64,000 bases of DNA from Botryllus schlosseri (lineage: Eukaryota). The notes beneath the pieces are model-generated. The model was not told the origin of the DNA. It saw nothing but the letters and a program-made list of their open reading frames with translations, and ran no database searches. Where the stretch lies: positions 14,756,001 to 14,820,000 of the forward strand of contig CM119385.1 of the NCBI GenBank assembly GCA_051294905.1. The letters run 5' to 3'. The translations under genes were made by a program, and so were the position numbers. This document shows, in pieces, positions 35,781 through 47,192 of this stretch. How positions within the stretch are numbered: the stretch's first letter is position 1; each line of letters opens with the position of its first letter.

Positions 35781-38700
35781 CTACAGACAGAATGGATAGA
35801 GCTGATAGCCGATCATCATTCATGGTAGAACGTAAATAAGACTTAATCAGTTTGAGCTTTGAGAAGCTCCTCGCACAGCTCGCAATTGAAACACCAATGG
35901 CCAGATGAAGTTCCAAACACGAGCATAACTATGGTGTCGAATGAAGTAGCTTTGCATTAACTAACCAACCATGATTAGGAACAAGCGGTCTTAGCGGCTA
36001 TTTCGGAATCGTTCCATTGCCATGTTAACATATTAATTCGTGTTTTCGGAATTAGCGTGATACTAGCTTTCGATTGAGACCGACACTATAGCTTTCTATT
36101 GAGACAAGTTTGATTAAATTTTAGCTCACAGGACGTCAGCTATAGGAGTACCAATTACGCAGCTTTTAATCGGTTGTGTACACTGTGTTGTGTAGCCTCA
36201 TTTTTCCGCCCCCTTGGAGCCTGCCGCCCCTGGCGCAGAGCCAGAACCGCCAAGTGGCTGCTACGCCACTGGATTACGCAACGCCGACTTTGATCAGAAT
36301 TGGCAATGTTGTATACAAGGGTTCTGACCAACCAGTCGTATTTCCATCCATATTGCATTTTGCATCCATTTTCATTTTTAATAAATGCTTCGATGAAAGT
36401 GTAACTATTGATGTCAGTAATTGGATAGAACTGGAACAATATTTCCCAAATGCGAATTCACAACTGAAGCAAATAGTTCAGACGAGTGGCAATCGCTACA
36501 ATGCTACCTGGTTAAAATTTAATATGGAACAACAATGTGCCATTGTAAATCAGAAAGTGTTGGTCAAACAGATTGCACTTATTATGTCTGTGAACAGGGC
36601 CAATGAACATTGAACACTTATTCGTTGTTTGGCGCGTTGCACCCTAACAGAAGTGAAACCAAAATAACCATATAGCCCGACGAAGACATTTATAATGAAC
36701 ACTTTTTATGAGATTGGTGATTTTAAATCAGGTGAGACCCCAAGTCTATATAGAGACAATCTACGTAATCGTACACGATATACAGTACCGCATGTACCGT
36801 AAAACATTGCTCTGCAATAGAATCAAGCTATCCATGTTACGTGCAGAATTTTATAACATACATGAAATAATGTACGGTGCGGTCTACAGTACATGCGTCA
36901 CGTTAATCGTGTATTTAATTTTACAGGGCTATAAAATACGGCAAACTGTTGAAGCATGGTTAAGTTGAAGAAGAATAATCGAACACCTACACTAAGTCGA
37001 CTTTTATTAGTCTTGAAACGTTGAGGCTTAGTGCCATGTGCGGCATCAAATAAACAACATAAGATACGTAGTTACATTGCAACAATTCTCGCCTTCTGTG
37101 TAATCGCAACATGTGGAGCTAGCAATCGTGAGGACCCGTTTTACGCGAAACAAGCGGTAATCTCCACGTTAACCGCCCGTGACACATTTGACACAAAATG
37201 ACGTAATCGTAATAGATCAGCCGTAATTGTATGTTTTTCGGAGTAGTCAGCAATGCCTCGGCGCTGGGATCAAGCGTCCCTGTGAGAATCACAGCTCTCC
37301 TTCGCATTAGTCAGACTGTTTTGAACAACGGTGCAACTTGAAAAAGTCATTAGTTCTAACACTCATAGATGTAGCTACTTAGCATGACCCAACCGACCAC
37401 ACTGCCGCCCGAGTCTAATAATACCGGCGTGTGGTTTTTATGAAGAAATTACATATTTTCCAATTCGACACGCCGCGCACGCTCGCGAAGCAAGGTGACT
37501 TGAAAGATCGTAAACACGGAGGGAAATAATTGCTCGGACGACGATAGTAGTTCGGAACAAGTTGAAATTGCCGTAACTACCCGTGACAGCGGATACCAGG
37601 CAATTAGCAGTTCAGCAGCTGTGCTATTTTATTTACGGATTCCCAACGACGTTTTACGGAAAATGAGGCTTTTTACCTCGAAACTGCTATGGATGTTATC
37701 TTCCATTGTAAGTATTTGCAGACTTTATAATCCTCTGCGGGAGATACGTGATGCTCGCCCAGACAATGCACGTTGGACATGGACATGCCTTCGATATCAT
37801 TGTTTCCATAATATCGTATTGATGCACATCTCGGTGAAGGCAGACCGCACCGCGTAGCCCCGCGACCACTAAACACAAACCAGGACAATATGCGATGAAT
37901 TGTGAAAACACGGCGCGGTGTAAATAGCGGGCGGGAAGTCATAACAAAGTCTACGCGCAAAGACGTATTCGCGATTACAACTGTGTCTGAGCAGGAAATC
38001 TAACGCGGAATGACATGAAATACATACGGCGATAGTGTGCTTTCTACAAAAACCGCCAATCACACAGTAAAAAATGGATTTTTAAAGTATCTGCAGAACC
38101 AAAAGTCTTATCTCATCATCGATGCTATTAAAGTCTCTTTAGACTGCAATAAGTAATGGCTGAGCTAAAAAAAAGCTCTGGACTCTATTACACAGATTTT
38201 AATCGGTGCCGCTGACACCGATAAGGTTTCAGCGTTGCAACGCTATGATTTTGATGCTGGCGAGCGATTCCCAACGAGAAGGGACATGTCAAATGTTTGT
38301 AAGAAGTGCACTAAAACAGCTAGATTGTGGCTATCATTGATCGATTATGTGTCAAAGTATGCTGTACACAGTTCATACTAGGCTCGCTTGTGACATTCCC
38401 TTGTTTATAGATCTCCCTGAACACATCGCCATCAGGCTAAATCCTACCTCAGCAACGTGTAAAGTAAACTGGAAAATGTGCCATAATACATTCTCTATAA
38501 CGCATGATCATTGTTACCATCCTTTTATAATCCTAAGAAATATGGCATGCTTAGCAATGCCGGCGCTATACTCTGATGCCCGTCCCTAAGGCCAACATCA
38601 TACGCTCAATATCAAAACCGTGCGACCGCGCATTCACGCAGGGAAAATTTATGTGTTTCGTATGCCTCGATCAGGTCACATATGTTATACTTGTTTGACC

Positions 38701-40037
38701 GGCACTAGTTTTGAACAGAAAGTGAAAGTGGGTGTAGAAATTAATACGAAGTGAATACAACAATCAGCTGGCATCATCAAGGCAGTTATAGAAACGACAT
38801 CAGATAGCTAAATAAATCAAAATCTTTTAATCTGACGGAACGTGTGAATGTGACCCCTACAAATATTCCCTGGCTTTTATTTAAGCCACTGATCGCAAAT
38901 GCATATCTCCACGGTAAATCGGAGACGAGCGACACGGATCGGGGGTATGGAACACATATCAACCGTACAAATACTAATCGGGCATTATCAAATATTTATT
39001 TATCTTACTGAAACCAGCTCACGCAAAGATGTTGAAAAGGTCTCTCGGGCGTGCATGTTCCTTCGCACTGTGCGGTTAATTTGATTATTTCCGTGCTATG
39101 GTGTCGATCGCGAGATCCGGGTTATTTGGGTAGAAAGCAGTCGCGCTTGAACTTAGCACGGTATTGGCCTTTTGATTCTGTAACGCTCACAGTCCCGGCA
39201 TTTCGCAATCTAACCAGTAATCGGTTGAAGCTTTTGCAATAACTTGCGGGCGTGTTTCCTCCCGTACTGGAGACGGTGTGACGAATTTGCAGGAAACTCC
39301 CTGACATCCGATGCGTTGTCGCATCACGACTGTCGCCGCATTTGTAATTAATATCGCTTCGCGGAGAAAGAACGAACAAACACAAAACAAATAAGTAAAC
39401 AGCGGACTGTGGAAGACGGAGTAACGTCCTCAATTTACCCAGGCGGAAATCCTTCGATAATATTATTAGCGGTTCCCAGGGAGACTGATATATCTGTCTT
39501 CTTTCCGCTGTAACATATTCGACTGTCGGATTATGTTAATCCACCGGAAATGTATTGCATTCCCTCGAATTTCCATTGTTATTCGCGTCAGGTAACATTA
39601 CCAGGCGTGCCGCTTTTGAAATTATGAATTCAAATATTTTCCATCTGAATTAATTGATATCGGTTACTCGTTGGATGTTCATATTATTGGTTTACACTTA
39701 CATGTTGTCAGGTAGGTACCCGCATATGTCTACATATAGGTAACCCCTCTAATCTGACAAATCTATACAGACAAAGATGTAAAACATAATCACCCTTACT
39801 ATAGTTATATTGGTTTGTTTCCGGGAATAATGTGCACATTTGAAAAGCCGTATAAACAACACACCAATACCGTTCGGGTGAACACACAATACGAAGTGCC
39901 GTACGGGATCTAGCTTGATTTGATATCCGTATTGTATCATAAATACCAATTGGGGTATTGGCTATTGCATAACCTTTTTTTGTGATCCCTAAATCGCGAA
40001 CCCAATAGTTTCATAGGTTCGCGTTCGCAGAGGAGGT

Positions 40038-40315
40038 TGTACACAATCAATCAATCAACCAATTACATTTTCATCTGCCCACGACACACACAGACACACA
40101 CTATGTACAATGCGATGTACAAGACACACAATGCGATTTAATAAACAGATTGGAGGATGCCCAACAACCAGTTGCGGTCTCTTAATCTGGCATCCACCTC
40201 GGCCTGTTTCCCGATGTCACAGTCTTCTTTGATGTTAATCTTTCTTCGGCGGTATTTCTAGCTTTTTTTCTTCATCGGGTCTTTATTACTGTGCTTTTCT
40301 GTAGCCGTAAGAACA
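40038..40315 (-). repeat. Dispersed ~280-bp repeat with TG...CA ends (possible solo LTR)
   Basis: Begins TGT and ends ACA, has an internal AATAAA, and is homologous to the 31.1-31.4 kb and 12.95-13.1 kb copies. No TSD found. Confidence 0.5.
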
Positions 40316-40323
40316 GCGAGACG

Positions 40324-40581
40324 ATAGCGTAGTGGTATAATCCACAGCTACGACACCCATGTTCGATTCCGACCGAGGTCGACTCCAGAATTCCTTCCCA
40401 TGTGTTGGAGGTTTATCTAGGCTCCTCCTCGCTATCTCCCCCGCGTAAGCGATGACTTACAAAAAGCCTAGAATTGGGCCGTGCAACAAGTCGGCAGATA
40501 CGGAATCGAAAATAAGGTATCGGCCTGGTGTGAATGGCCATAGCAGTCGACAAACACCATGAATATACCACAAACAACAAC
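40324..40581 (+). mobile_element. tRNA-derived SINE, copy 1
   Basis: A box TAGCGTAGTGG, B box GTTCGATTCC, (CAA)n tail; flanked by AACAGCGAGACG at 40312-40323 and 40582-40593. Confidence 0.75.
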
Positions 40582-40621
40582 AACAGCGAGACGTGGCGAG
40601 ATACAGCGTAGTGGTATATAA

Positions 40622-41887
40622 CAGTGCTGGGATGACTCGAGTCACTTAATTGACTTGACTTCAAGTCATCAAGTAATCGGTGTCAACTAAATCGCTACAT
40701 CATGTATATGTTCTGATTGTAACGTTACGTTGGTGTGACCTGCGAGAGAAAACCAATCACTCCATTCCATGATCATGCGTTTTACCGAGCCTCTATTGAC
40801 ATATCATAATCGTATAGACCAGTGGTTCCCAACCTTTTTCGCCCCATCGCCCCCTTTTCAGGGTCAACAGCGATCATCGCCCCCCAAATTTTGTGTACCG
40901 AAAATAGGGAGTACAAACTGTAATCACCGGCGGGTTGACTAAAAAAAAAAAAAAAAAAAGGTCAAATTTTCGGCTCGATGTCTAATTTGACACAGTTTTG
41001 TAACTAAATTTCAGTGGGTTGACTAAAAAAAAAAAAAGGTCAGCCGTTTTGACGCGCCATCGCCCCCCTATCGCCCCCTTCGCTATTTTCGCCCCCCATC
41101 GCCCCCTTTGTCCATTTTCGCCCCCCTGTCGCCCCCTTCGTCATTTTCGCCCCCCTAGACCGCCAAATCGCACCCTGGGGCGATATCGCCCACGTTGGGA
41201 ACCACTGGTATAGACCGCAAAAGCAGAGATCATGAGAGCTTACCTTATACAGCTTACGGCATGGTAAACTAATAGTGAAGTAATCTAATAGCAATGTATT
41301 TCTGTTTGATAAACTGCCCACAGAGCCCAGTGCTCAATTGCTCATATAACCAACTGTCTGATAGGAATTAGATCGAATACCGTTTATACGTTTATATCAC
41401 TCATCAACAATTGGAGCATGCTTAAATTGTATATCATGGATGTTTAGGTGGGTAGTGTATTGCATCATACCAATTTTTTTGAACTTTTTGAGGTTTCGAA
41501 TTCTATCCTGTATTTTGGCTGATATAATTATAGACTGAGGCAGGGACTGTGCCGTTACTAGCGTCGTTTAGCAGTTCTCCGCATGCGCTAGCGATAAAAC
41601 TCTCTTTCCGTGTATAATCAACTCTATATTCGTTCCTCTATTCAGAATAAGTATGACTCAATCTGCGTTTAAAACAGTTCGCAAAATTAAATGTCGTTGT
41701 ATCATGCCTCGTGATTTGAATATTCAACTCGACTTGACTGGAGACTTGACTCGTGACTCGACTTGCCCCGACTCGACTTGACTCGAGTCACCTCCAAAAT
41801 TTGAGTGACTTGACTTGACTCGAGTCATAGTATGCACTGACTCGAGGTGACTTGTGACTCGAAGGTATTGACTTGATCCCAACACTG
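40622..41887. mobile_element. hAT MITE of the GACTCGAGTC family, copy 2
   Basis: TIRs CAGTGCTGGGAT / ATCCCAACACTG; TSD GTATATAA / GTGTATAA (1 mismatch); homologous to 22407-23380. Confidence 0.9.
40820..41207. mobile_element. Charlie-type MITE with ATCGCCCCC repeats, nested in 40622-41887
   Basis: TIRs CAGTGGTTCCCAAC / GTTGGGAACCACTG; perfect TSD GTATAGAC. Confidence 0.95.
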
Positions 41888-43521
41888 GTGTATAATCCAC
41901 AGCTGCAACACCAATGGGTTGCGGATTCGAGTCCGACCGCGAGGCCGAGTCCACAATTCCTATACCTAAGTGTTGGAGTTTTATCTAGGCTCCTCCTCGT
42001 CATCTCATCCACGTGAGCGGTGTTTTATAGAAAGCCTAGAAGGGTGCCATGCTATATGTCGGCAGCTGCGGAATGAAAGAAAATCGGCCTAGTGAAAATG
42101 ATCATGGTCGTCTAGACGTCTACAGACAGCATGAACACCAACAAACAAACAGAGAGACGGGACGACGACGACGGGACTTGAACCTTGCGTAGATGACGCC
42201 GACGCTCATCACTAGGCTGTCTCCTCCTCTACATGTCCTACGGTCCTACATCGTGAGCACTTTTAGTGGCAAAGTTAGTGGCAAAGTTCGCCATGCCTGA
42301 TGAAATTAAAAAATATATATATTTGGGTATGTTTACTGAAAATCGGTGTGACTTATGCTGTTGTTCCCTTTCCGCGAGGCCATGGGAGAAATGCGAGGCT
42401 TCACCTTAGAAGAAAGTGTAATCGTATTGTTCGGTCGAAACGCAGCATCGTGATACAAATTGCATATCGAGCTAATAAATACTGGATATAGAATCGGCAT
42501 TTCAAAAGGACGGGGTTGCGATTACGAACCCCAATCTCCCTAGCTTACGTCATTGCACACGGCGCATGTGCAACCCGCCAGGGATGCCTACGTCTATATG
42601 CTGAATCAAGTCATTGTTTAAACCTTGGAGTTTAGACAAACAAGCAAGTAGTTTAAATAAAACCCTGAAGATTACTCAAATTGTATAGTAAATGGGGATA
42701 GTGAATTAGTTAAATACCCTTAACGATTACTAGATATTATAACTTCTACAATAACGAATGAAGATATAACTATAATCATGCAGCAATTCTGGAGGATAGT
42801 CATGAAATTAGCTCGGGACTGAGTAGCTGCATATTGGAGTGGTCCTATTTCGCCTATACCCTAAACTAAACACACAACATCTTCTCTACAGATTCCGCGA
42901 CAGGAATGCCTCGCGTAAACTCGACAGCGACACTATGCGTAGCTGCGAATCCCGACTTTTCAACACACATTTCAAAGATTGTATATATGAAAAAACGTGT
43001 TCGAAAAGTCATTCCATTTAGCAGCATAAGAACAGATCATAATGAAGAACAGAAAGACGCATTCGAAACGCTGACCTAAGCGGAAATATATTTTATGACA
43101 CACTGGCGACTCTCCAGCACCAATTCACACTAACATTACAGGATAAATAAATATTACAAAAAGATGCACAGATATCACGGCAGTATTGTTAGTGAGTATG
43201 ATTTCAACGGGTATAAAAAATTGACGGCATAAAGTAGCGATAAGGTAATGGAAAATGTTGTAAATAACTTACAGATCTCCCGAGAAGGGAGTTTAAATAT
43301 TGTCATAAAAACACAGTGAACGATTACAGCGGTTGCCTGAAATAACGTTCAGAGGCTCTTTTTCTTATCAGAATAAGTCAAGTAGTATAAAGCATACGTT
43401 ACAGAGCACAGCATACTGCATTCGTGTATGAATCGAAATACTGTAGCCTGCTTGTTAACGTTATGCTTGGTAGTAAATCTGCAAAGTGGACGCCAGTAGT
43501 GGAATCCCCAATAGGGATGCC

Positions 43522-44096
43522 TTACAATTGATATTGTCGCAATATCTTGTGCGGTAGCCTGCGGAATTTGCCACCGGGTGTACTACGCTTTCCTCTGAAT
43601 CTGGATAGTCGGGTTGCGAACCCCTCAGAACTCATCTGATGCTCCGTACGTTGCACTAGACAACGGGCGTACATAATGCGACCGCGTTTGGTATGCATGT
43701 TCTCGCCCTTGGAGCAAGTGTGGTGCAATTTGTGGTAGTAACACATTTTGATGAATCCGACATGTTCGCAGCCTCGTTTGCAGCACATATGAAACCGGTT
43801 TTGGAACGGATACAGCCTCTCGTCAGGTGCGCGAGATCGCAATACCACTGTAAACAGTAATGTAAATATGAATGTTACAAACTCACACGAAAATAACCAG
43901 TACGCGTAAACTACTCACAATTCCATCTGAGTGTTTGGAAAGGATAGTGAAATGAGTCGTCGCGACAGATGAAACGCATGTCTTTGACAGCAAAAGGTTC
44001 GCATACGTGACTATATCTCCTAGAGTGACTGCAGTGACCGACAGAAAAGAGCATTACCACAGCCAGCAGGCGCAGAGCAGCGTCACTTGTATTCAT
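43522..44096 (-). CDS. ILP-B: divergent insulin-superfamily prepropeptide, 167 aa (exons 44096-43919 and 43847-43522)
   Basis: Signal peptide; B chain CEPFAVKDMRFIC; phase-1 intron GTGAGT..TTTACAG; A chain CCKRGCEHVGFIKMC; basic tail containing RGKR. Spliced length 504 nt, open. Confidence 0.88.
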
Positions 44097-44784
44097 CCCG
44101 TTACTAGCAATCAAGTATATACACTATATATGAAGGTAATTCTGTAAAAACAAAATTAGATTTATATTATTATTATTGTTGTTACAATTGCACTCGCTCG
44201 GTACCAGTTGGACTGGGGAAATTGTGTTCGGCGTTCAGGGTAAACCATTATTATGTACAGCACAACTAGCAGATCACATATACATTGAGATCGATCACAC
44301 AATTAAACACAAGTCTAGCAACCAACTTTTCGCATCTTTATAAAACACATACAAGCTGGTCTTCGTGTAGAAGAGACGCTCAGAATAGCACGAAAAAGGA
44401 CAATTTCAATGCTCTCGAACATAACGCGATATCACGGCGTTTCACAAAACCAACTCATCGGAGTGCGTCAAGTACATTCGACATCAGTAATGATTCGCAA
44501 ATCACGCGAATATTAAACTTTCTTGGCGCATACGCAAAGGATTATCGAAATTGCGTAAATCCAAAACGGCCATGCTACATTGCAAGGGCGGTACAAACTG
44601 ATCACTGATCAGTAAGAAGCAAAGGTAGTCAATAAAACTTTAATTCTCCAATACAAGCAGCTATGTATATATCACAAAGTATTTCCGATGAATATATATT
44701 TATTTAGCTGACACAAGTCCATAAATATAATGATTATGTGTTTTATCTTCATTTTGATGACTACTTTTAGCGCTTTCCCCACTT

Positions 44785-45062
44785 TCATTGCCGCTTCCCT
44801 TCTAAAATCCTCCTATGCTTCCCGTGCCTCCTGACTCCTTTTGCACGATCGGCTCTTTCATGTCGCGTAAGGCAATTCACTCGTATCCTGTACCTGGCTA
44901 CTCCGCTTGCTGCTTTTGAGCGGGCATCGCAGTGACTGTACCAGATTTGGTGCGGTCACATTTTGTGCAGCTCTTGTTCGTAGCAGCCTCGTTTGCAGCA
45001 ATTTCCGGCTTGGTGTTGGTACGGGTGAAGGTTGTGATCGGGCAGACAGTGGCGCTTGCAAA
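44785..45062 (-). pseudogene. Orphan duplicate of ILP-D exon 2 with in-frame TGA at the last A-chain Cys
   Basis: Same length as ILP-D exon 2 (278 nt) with an intact TATTACAG acceptor; reads CCKRGCYEQELHKM then TGA at 44958-44956 where ILP-D has TGC. No exon 1 of its own. Confidence 0.88.
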
Positions 45063-45149
45063 CTGTAATACAAAGTAAAGGGATAAACGAAACAGCACGC
45101 ACAGTACGAAAACAGTACTAAGACAGTAAATACGAACGTTCATACCATA

Positions 45150-45673
45150 TTATAAGTGAAAATTTATTGAAATCACAGTATATATATATGCGAACCCCTC
45201 TAAACGCATCAGATGCTCCGTACGTCCCACTAGACAACGAGCGTACAACATACGACCGCGTTTCGTATTCATGCTCTCGCCCTTGGAGCAAGTATCGTGC
45301 AATTTGTGGTAGTAACACATTTTGATGAATCCGACATGTACGCAGCCTCGTTTGCAGCACACATGAAACCGGTGTTGGAACGGATACATCCTCTCGTCAG
45401 GTGCGCGGGAACGCAATACCACTGTCAACAGGAATGTAAATATGAACGTTACAAACTCTCACGAAAATAACCAGTATGCGTAAAATACTCACAATTCCAT
45501 CTGGGGGTTTGGAAAGGATAGTGAAATGAGTCGTCGTTACAGATGAAACGCATGTTCTTGACAGCAGAAGGTTCGCATACGCGACTATATCTCCTGGAGT
45601 GACTGCAGTGACCGACAGAAAAGAGCATTGCCACAGCCAGCAGGCGCAGAACAGCGTCACTTGTATTCATCAT
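45150..45673 (-). CDS. ILP-C: recent paralog of ILP-B, 150 aa (exons 45673-45493 and 45421-45150), with a C-terminus derived from intron sequence
   Basis: B chain CEPSAVKNMRFIC; A chain CCKRGCVHVGFIKMC; phase-1 intron. Spliced length 453 nt, open; ends AYIYTVISINFHL past the duplication junction. Confidence 0.85.
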
Positions 45674-46352
45674 CTTACTAGCAATCAAGTATATACACTA
45701 TATATGAAGGTAGCTCTGTAAAAACAAAATTAGATATATACTTTTATTATTGTTGTTACAATTGCACTCGTTCGGTACCAGTTGGACTGGGGAAATTGTG
45801 TTTGGCGTTCAGGGTAAACCGCTATTATGTACAGCACACAGAACAGATGACATATACATTGAGATCACACAATTATGCAAAAGTCTAGCACTCGACTTTT
45901 CGCATCTTTAGAAAACACATTCAAGCTGGTCTTCATGTAGAAGAGACGATCAGAATAGCACGAAAAAGGACAATTTCAATTCTCTCGAACATAACACGAT
46001 ATCACTGTGTTTCACAAAATTAACTCCTCGGAGTGCGTCAAGTGCATTCGACACCAGAAATGATTCGCAAATCACGCGAATATTAAACTTTCTTGGCGCA
46101 TACGGAAAGGGTTATCGAAATTGCGGGAATCCAAAACAGCCATGCTACATTGCAAGGCAGTGCAAACTGATCAGTAAGAAGCAAAGGTATAGTCAATAAA
46201 ACTATAGTTCTCCAACACAAGCAGCTATGTTGTAGATAATAACAAAGTATTTCCGATAAATATATATTTCTTTAGCTGACACAAGTCCATAAAAATATTG
46301 GTTATGTGCTTTATCTTCATTTTGATGACTACTTTTACCGCTTTCTCCACTT

Positions 46353-47192
46353 TCATCGCCGCTCCCCACCTAAGATCATCCTGTGTCTCCCGTGCCTCCT
46401 GACTCCTTTTGCACGTTCGGCTCTCTCATGTCGCGTAAGGCAATTCGCTCGCATCCCGTACCTGGCTACTCCACTTGCTGCTTTAGAGCGGGCATCGCAA
46501 TGACTGTACCAAATTCGGTACGAGCACATTTTGTGCAATTCGTGTTCGTAGCAGCCTCGTTTGCAGCAATTGCCGGCTTGGTGTTGGAACGGGTAAAGCT
46601 TGGAATCGGGCAGGCGGTAGCGCTTGACGACTGTAATACAAAGTAAAGGGATAAACGAGACAGCACGCACAGTACGAAAACGGTACTTAGACAGTAAATA
46701 CGAATGTTCATGCCATATTTTAAGTGACAGTTTATTGAAGTCACAGTATACCAAAACTGTTAGAGATTGTCTGGAGCAGACAGACGCGTATTGTTAAAGT
46801 GTGGCTCCATACCATCTATATATCACTGGATAGAAGTACGACCAGACAGCTTTGAAGACAACGTTACGCACGTAGTATCGTAAATATGCTGAGAGATAAT
46901 GTCCATCGATATCTGATCAATCTAACCCTAATCGAGTTATCGCGATCGTGGTCGATGGTCGATGGATTCTACTTTTCTGGTATTAAAAAAAAATCGCATG
47001 CTACTTACTGTGGTCTCTGCTGAATTCGAATGGAAACTCAAACGCCGAATTTTCGCAAAACCACGCCAGGAACCGCCGCGCGTCATGTGAACACATAACG
47101 AAAGGCCGCATGCCGACTGATGATCCTGACACGCTGGACGCGAGGTAGAACAAAGCGACGGCAAATGCGCCCGCCTTAAATATATTTTTCAT
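46353..47192 (-). CDS. ILP-D: divergent insulin-superfamily prepropeptide, 153 aa (exons 47192-47009 and 46630-46353)
   Basis: Signal peptide MKNIFKAGAFAVALFYLASSVSG; B chain CSHDARRFLAWFC; phase-1 intron GTAAGT..TATTACAG; A chain CCKRGCYEHELHKMC. Spliced length 462 nt, open. Confidence 0.9.

Larger units (their letters stand above)
34088..36271 (-). mobile_element. Non-autonomous hAT element with transposase dimerisation-domain remnant, split by nested MITEs
   Basis: TIRs CACTGGCGTAGCAGC / GCTGCTACGCCACTG; perfect TSD GATTACGC. Minus-strand VSIASCARSFSKLKLIKSYLRSTMNDDRLSALSILS (35916-35781) rejoins IKQDYVQNLEFEDINADFASAK (from 34417). Confidence 0.9.
40594..42155 (+). mobile_element. tRNA-derived SINE, copy 2, interrupted by a MITE
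   Basis: CAGCGTAGTGG head at about 40604; body resumes at 41888 (TATAATCCACAGCT...TTATCTAGGCTCCTCCTCG...) and ends in a CAAA tail. Confidence 0.7.
43615..46750. repeat. Direct tandem duplication of about 1.57 kb (43615-45182 and 45189-46750)
   Basis: Homology starts at TGCGAACCCCTC (43615 / 45189) and ends at TCACAGTATA (45182 / 46750); the junction lies in a (TA)n run. Confidence 0.92.

Noticed and set aside
40324-40380. tRNA gene
   Set aside because: A and B boxes are present but there is no acceptor stem or cloverleaf, and a repeated body with a (CAA)n tail follows, so it is a SINE head.
41040-41321. GC-rich ORFs (GAKMTKGATGG...)
   Set aside because: They translate the ATCGCCCCC repeats of a MITE.
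44466-46744. Alternative-frame ORFs over the ILP exons (46466-46744, 44898-45143)
   Set aside because: These are shifted frames of the A-chain exons; the Cys-pattern frame fits the splice phase.
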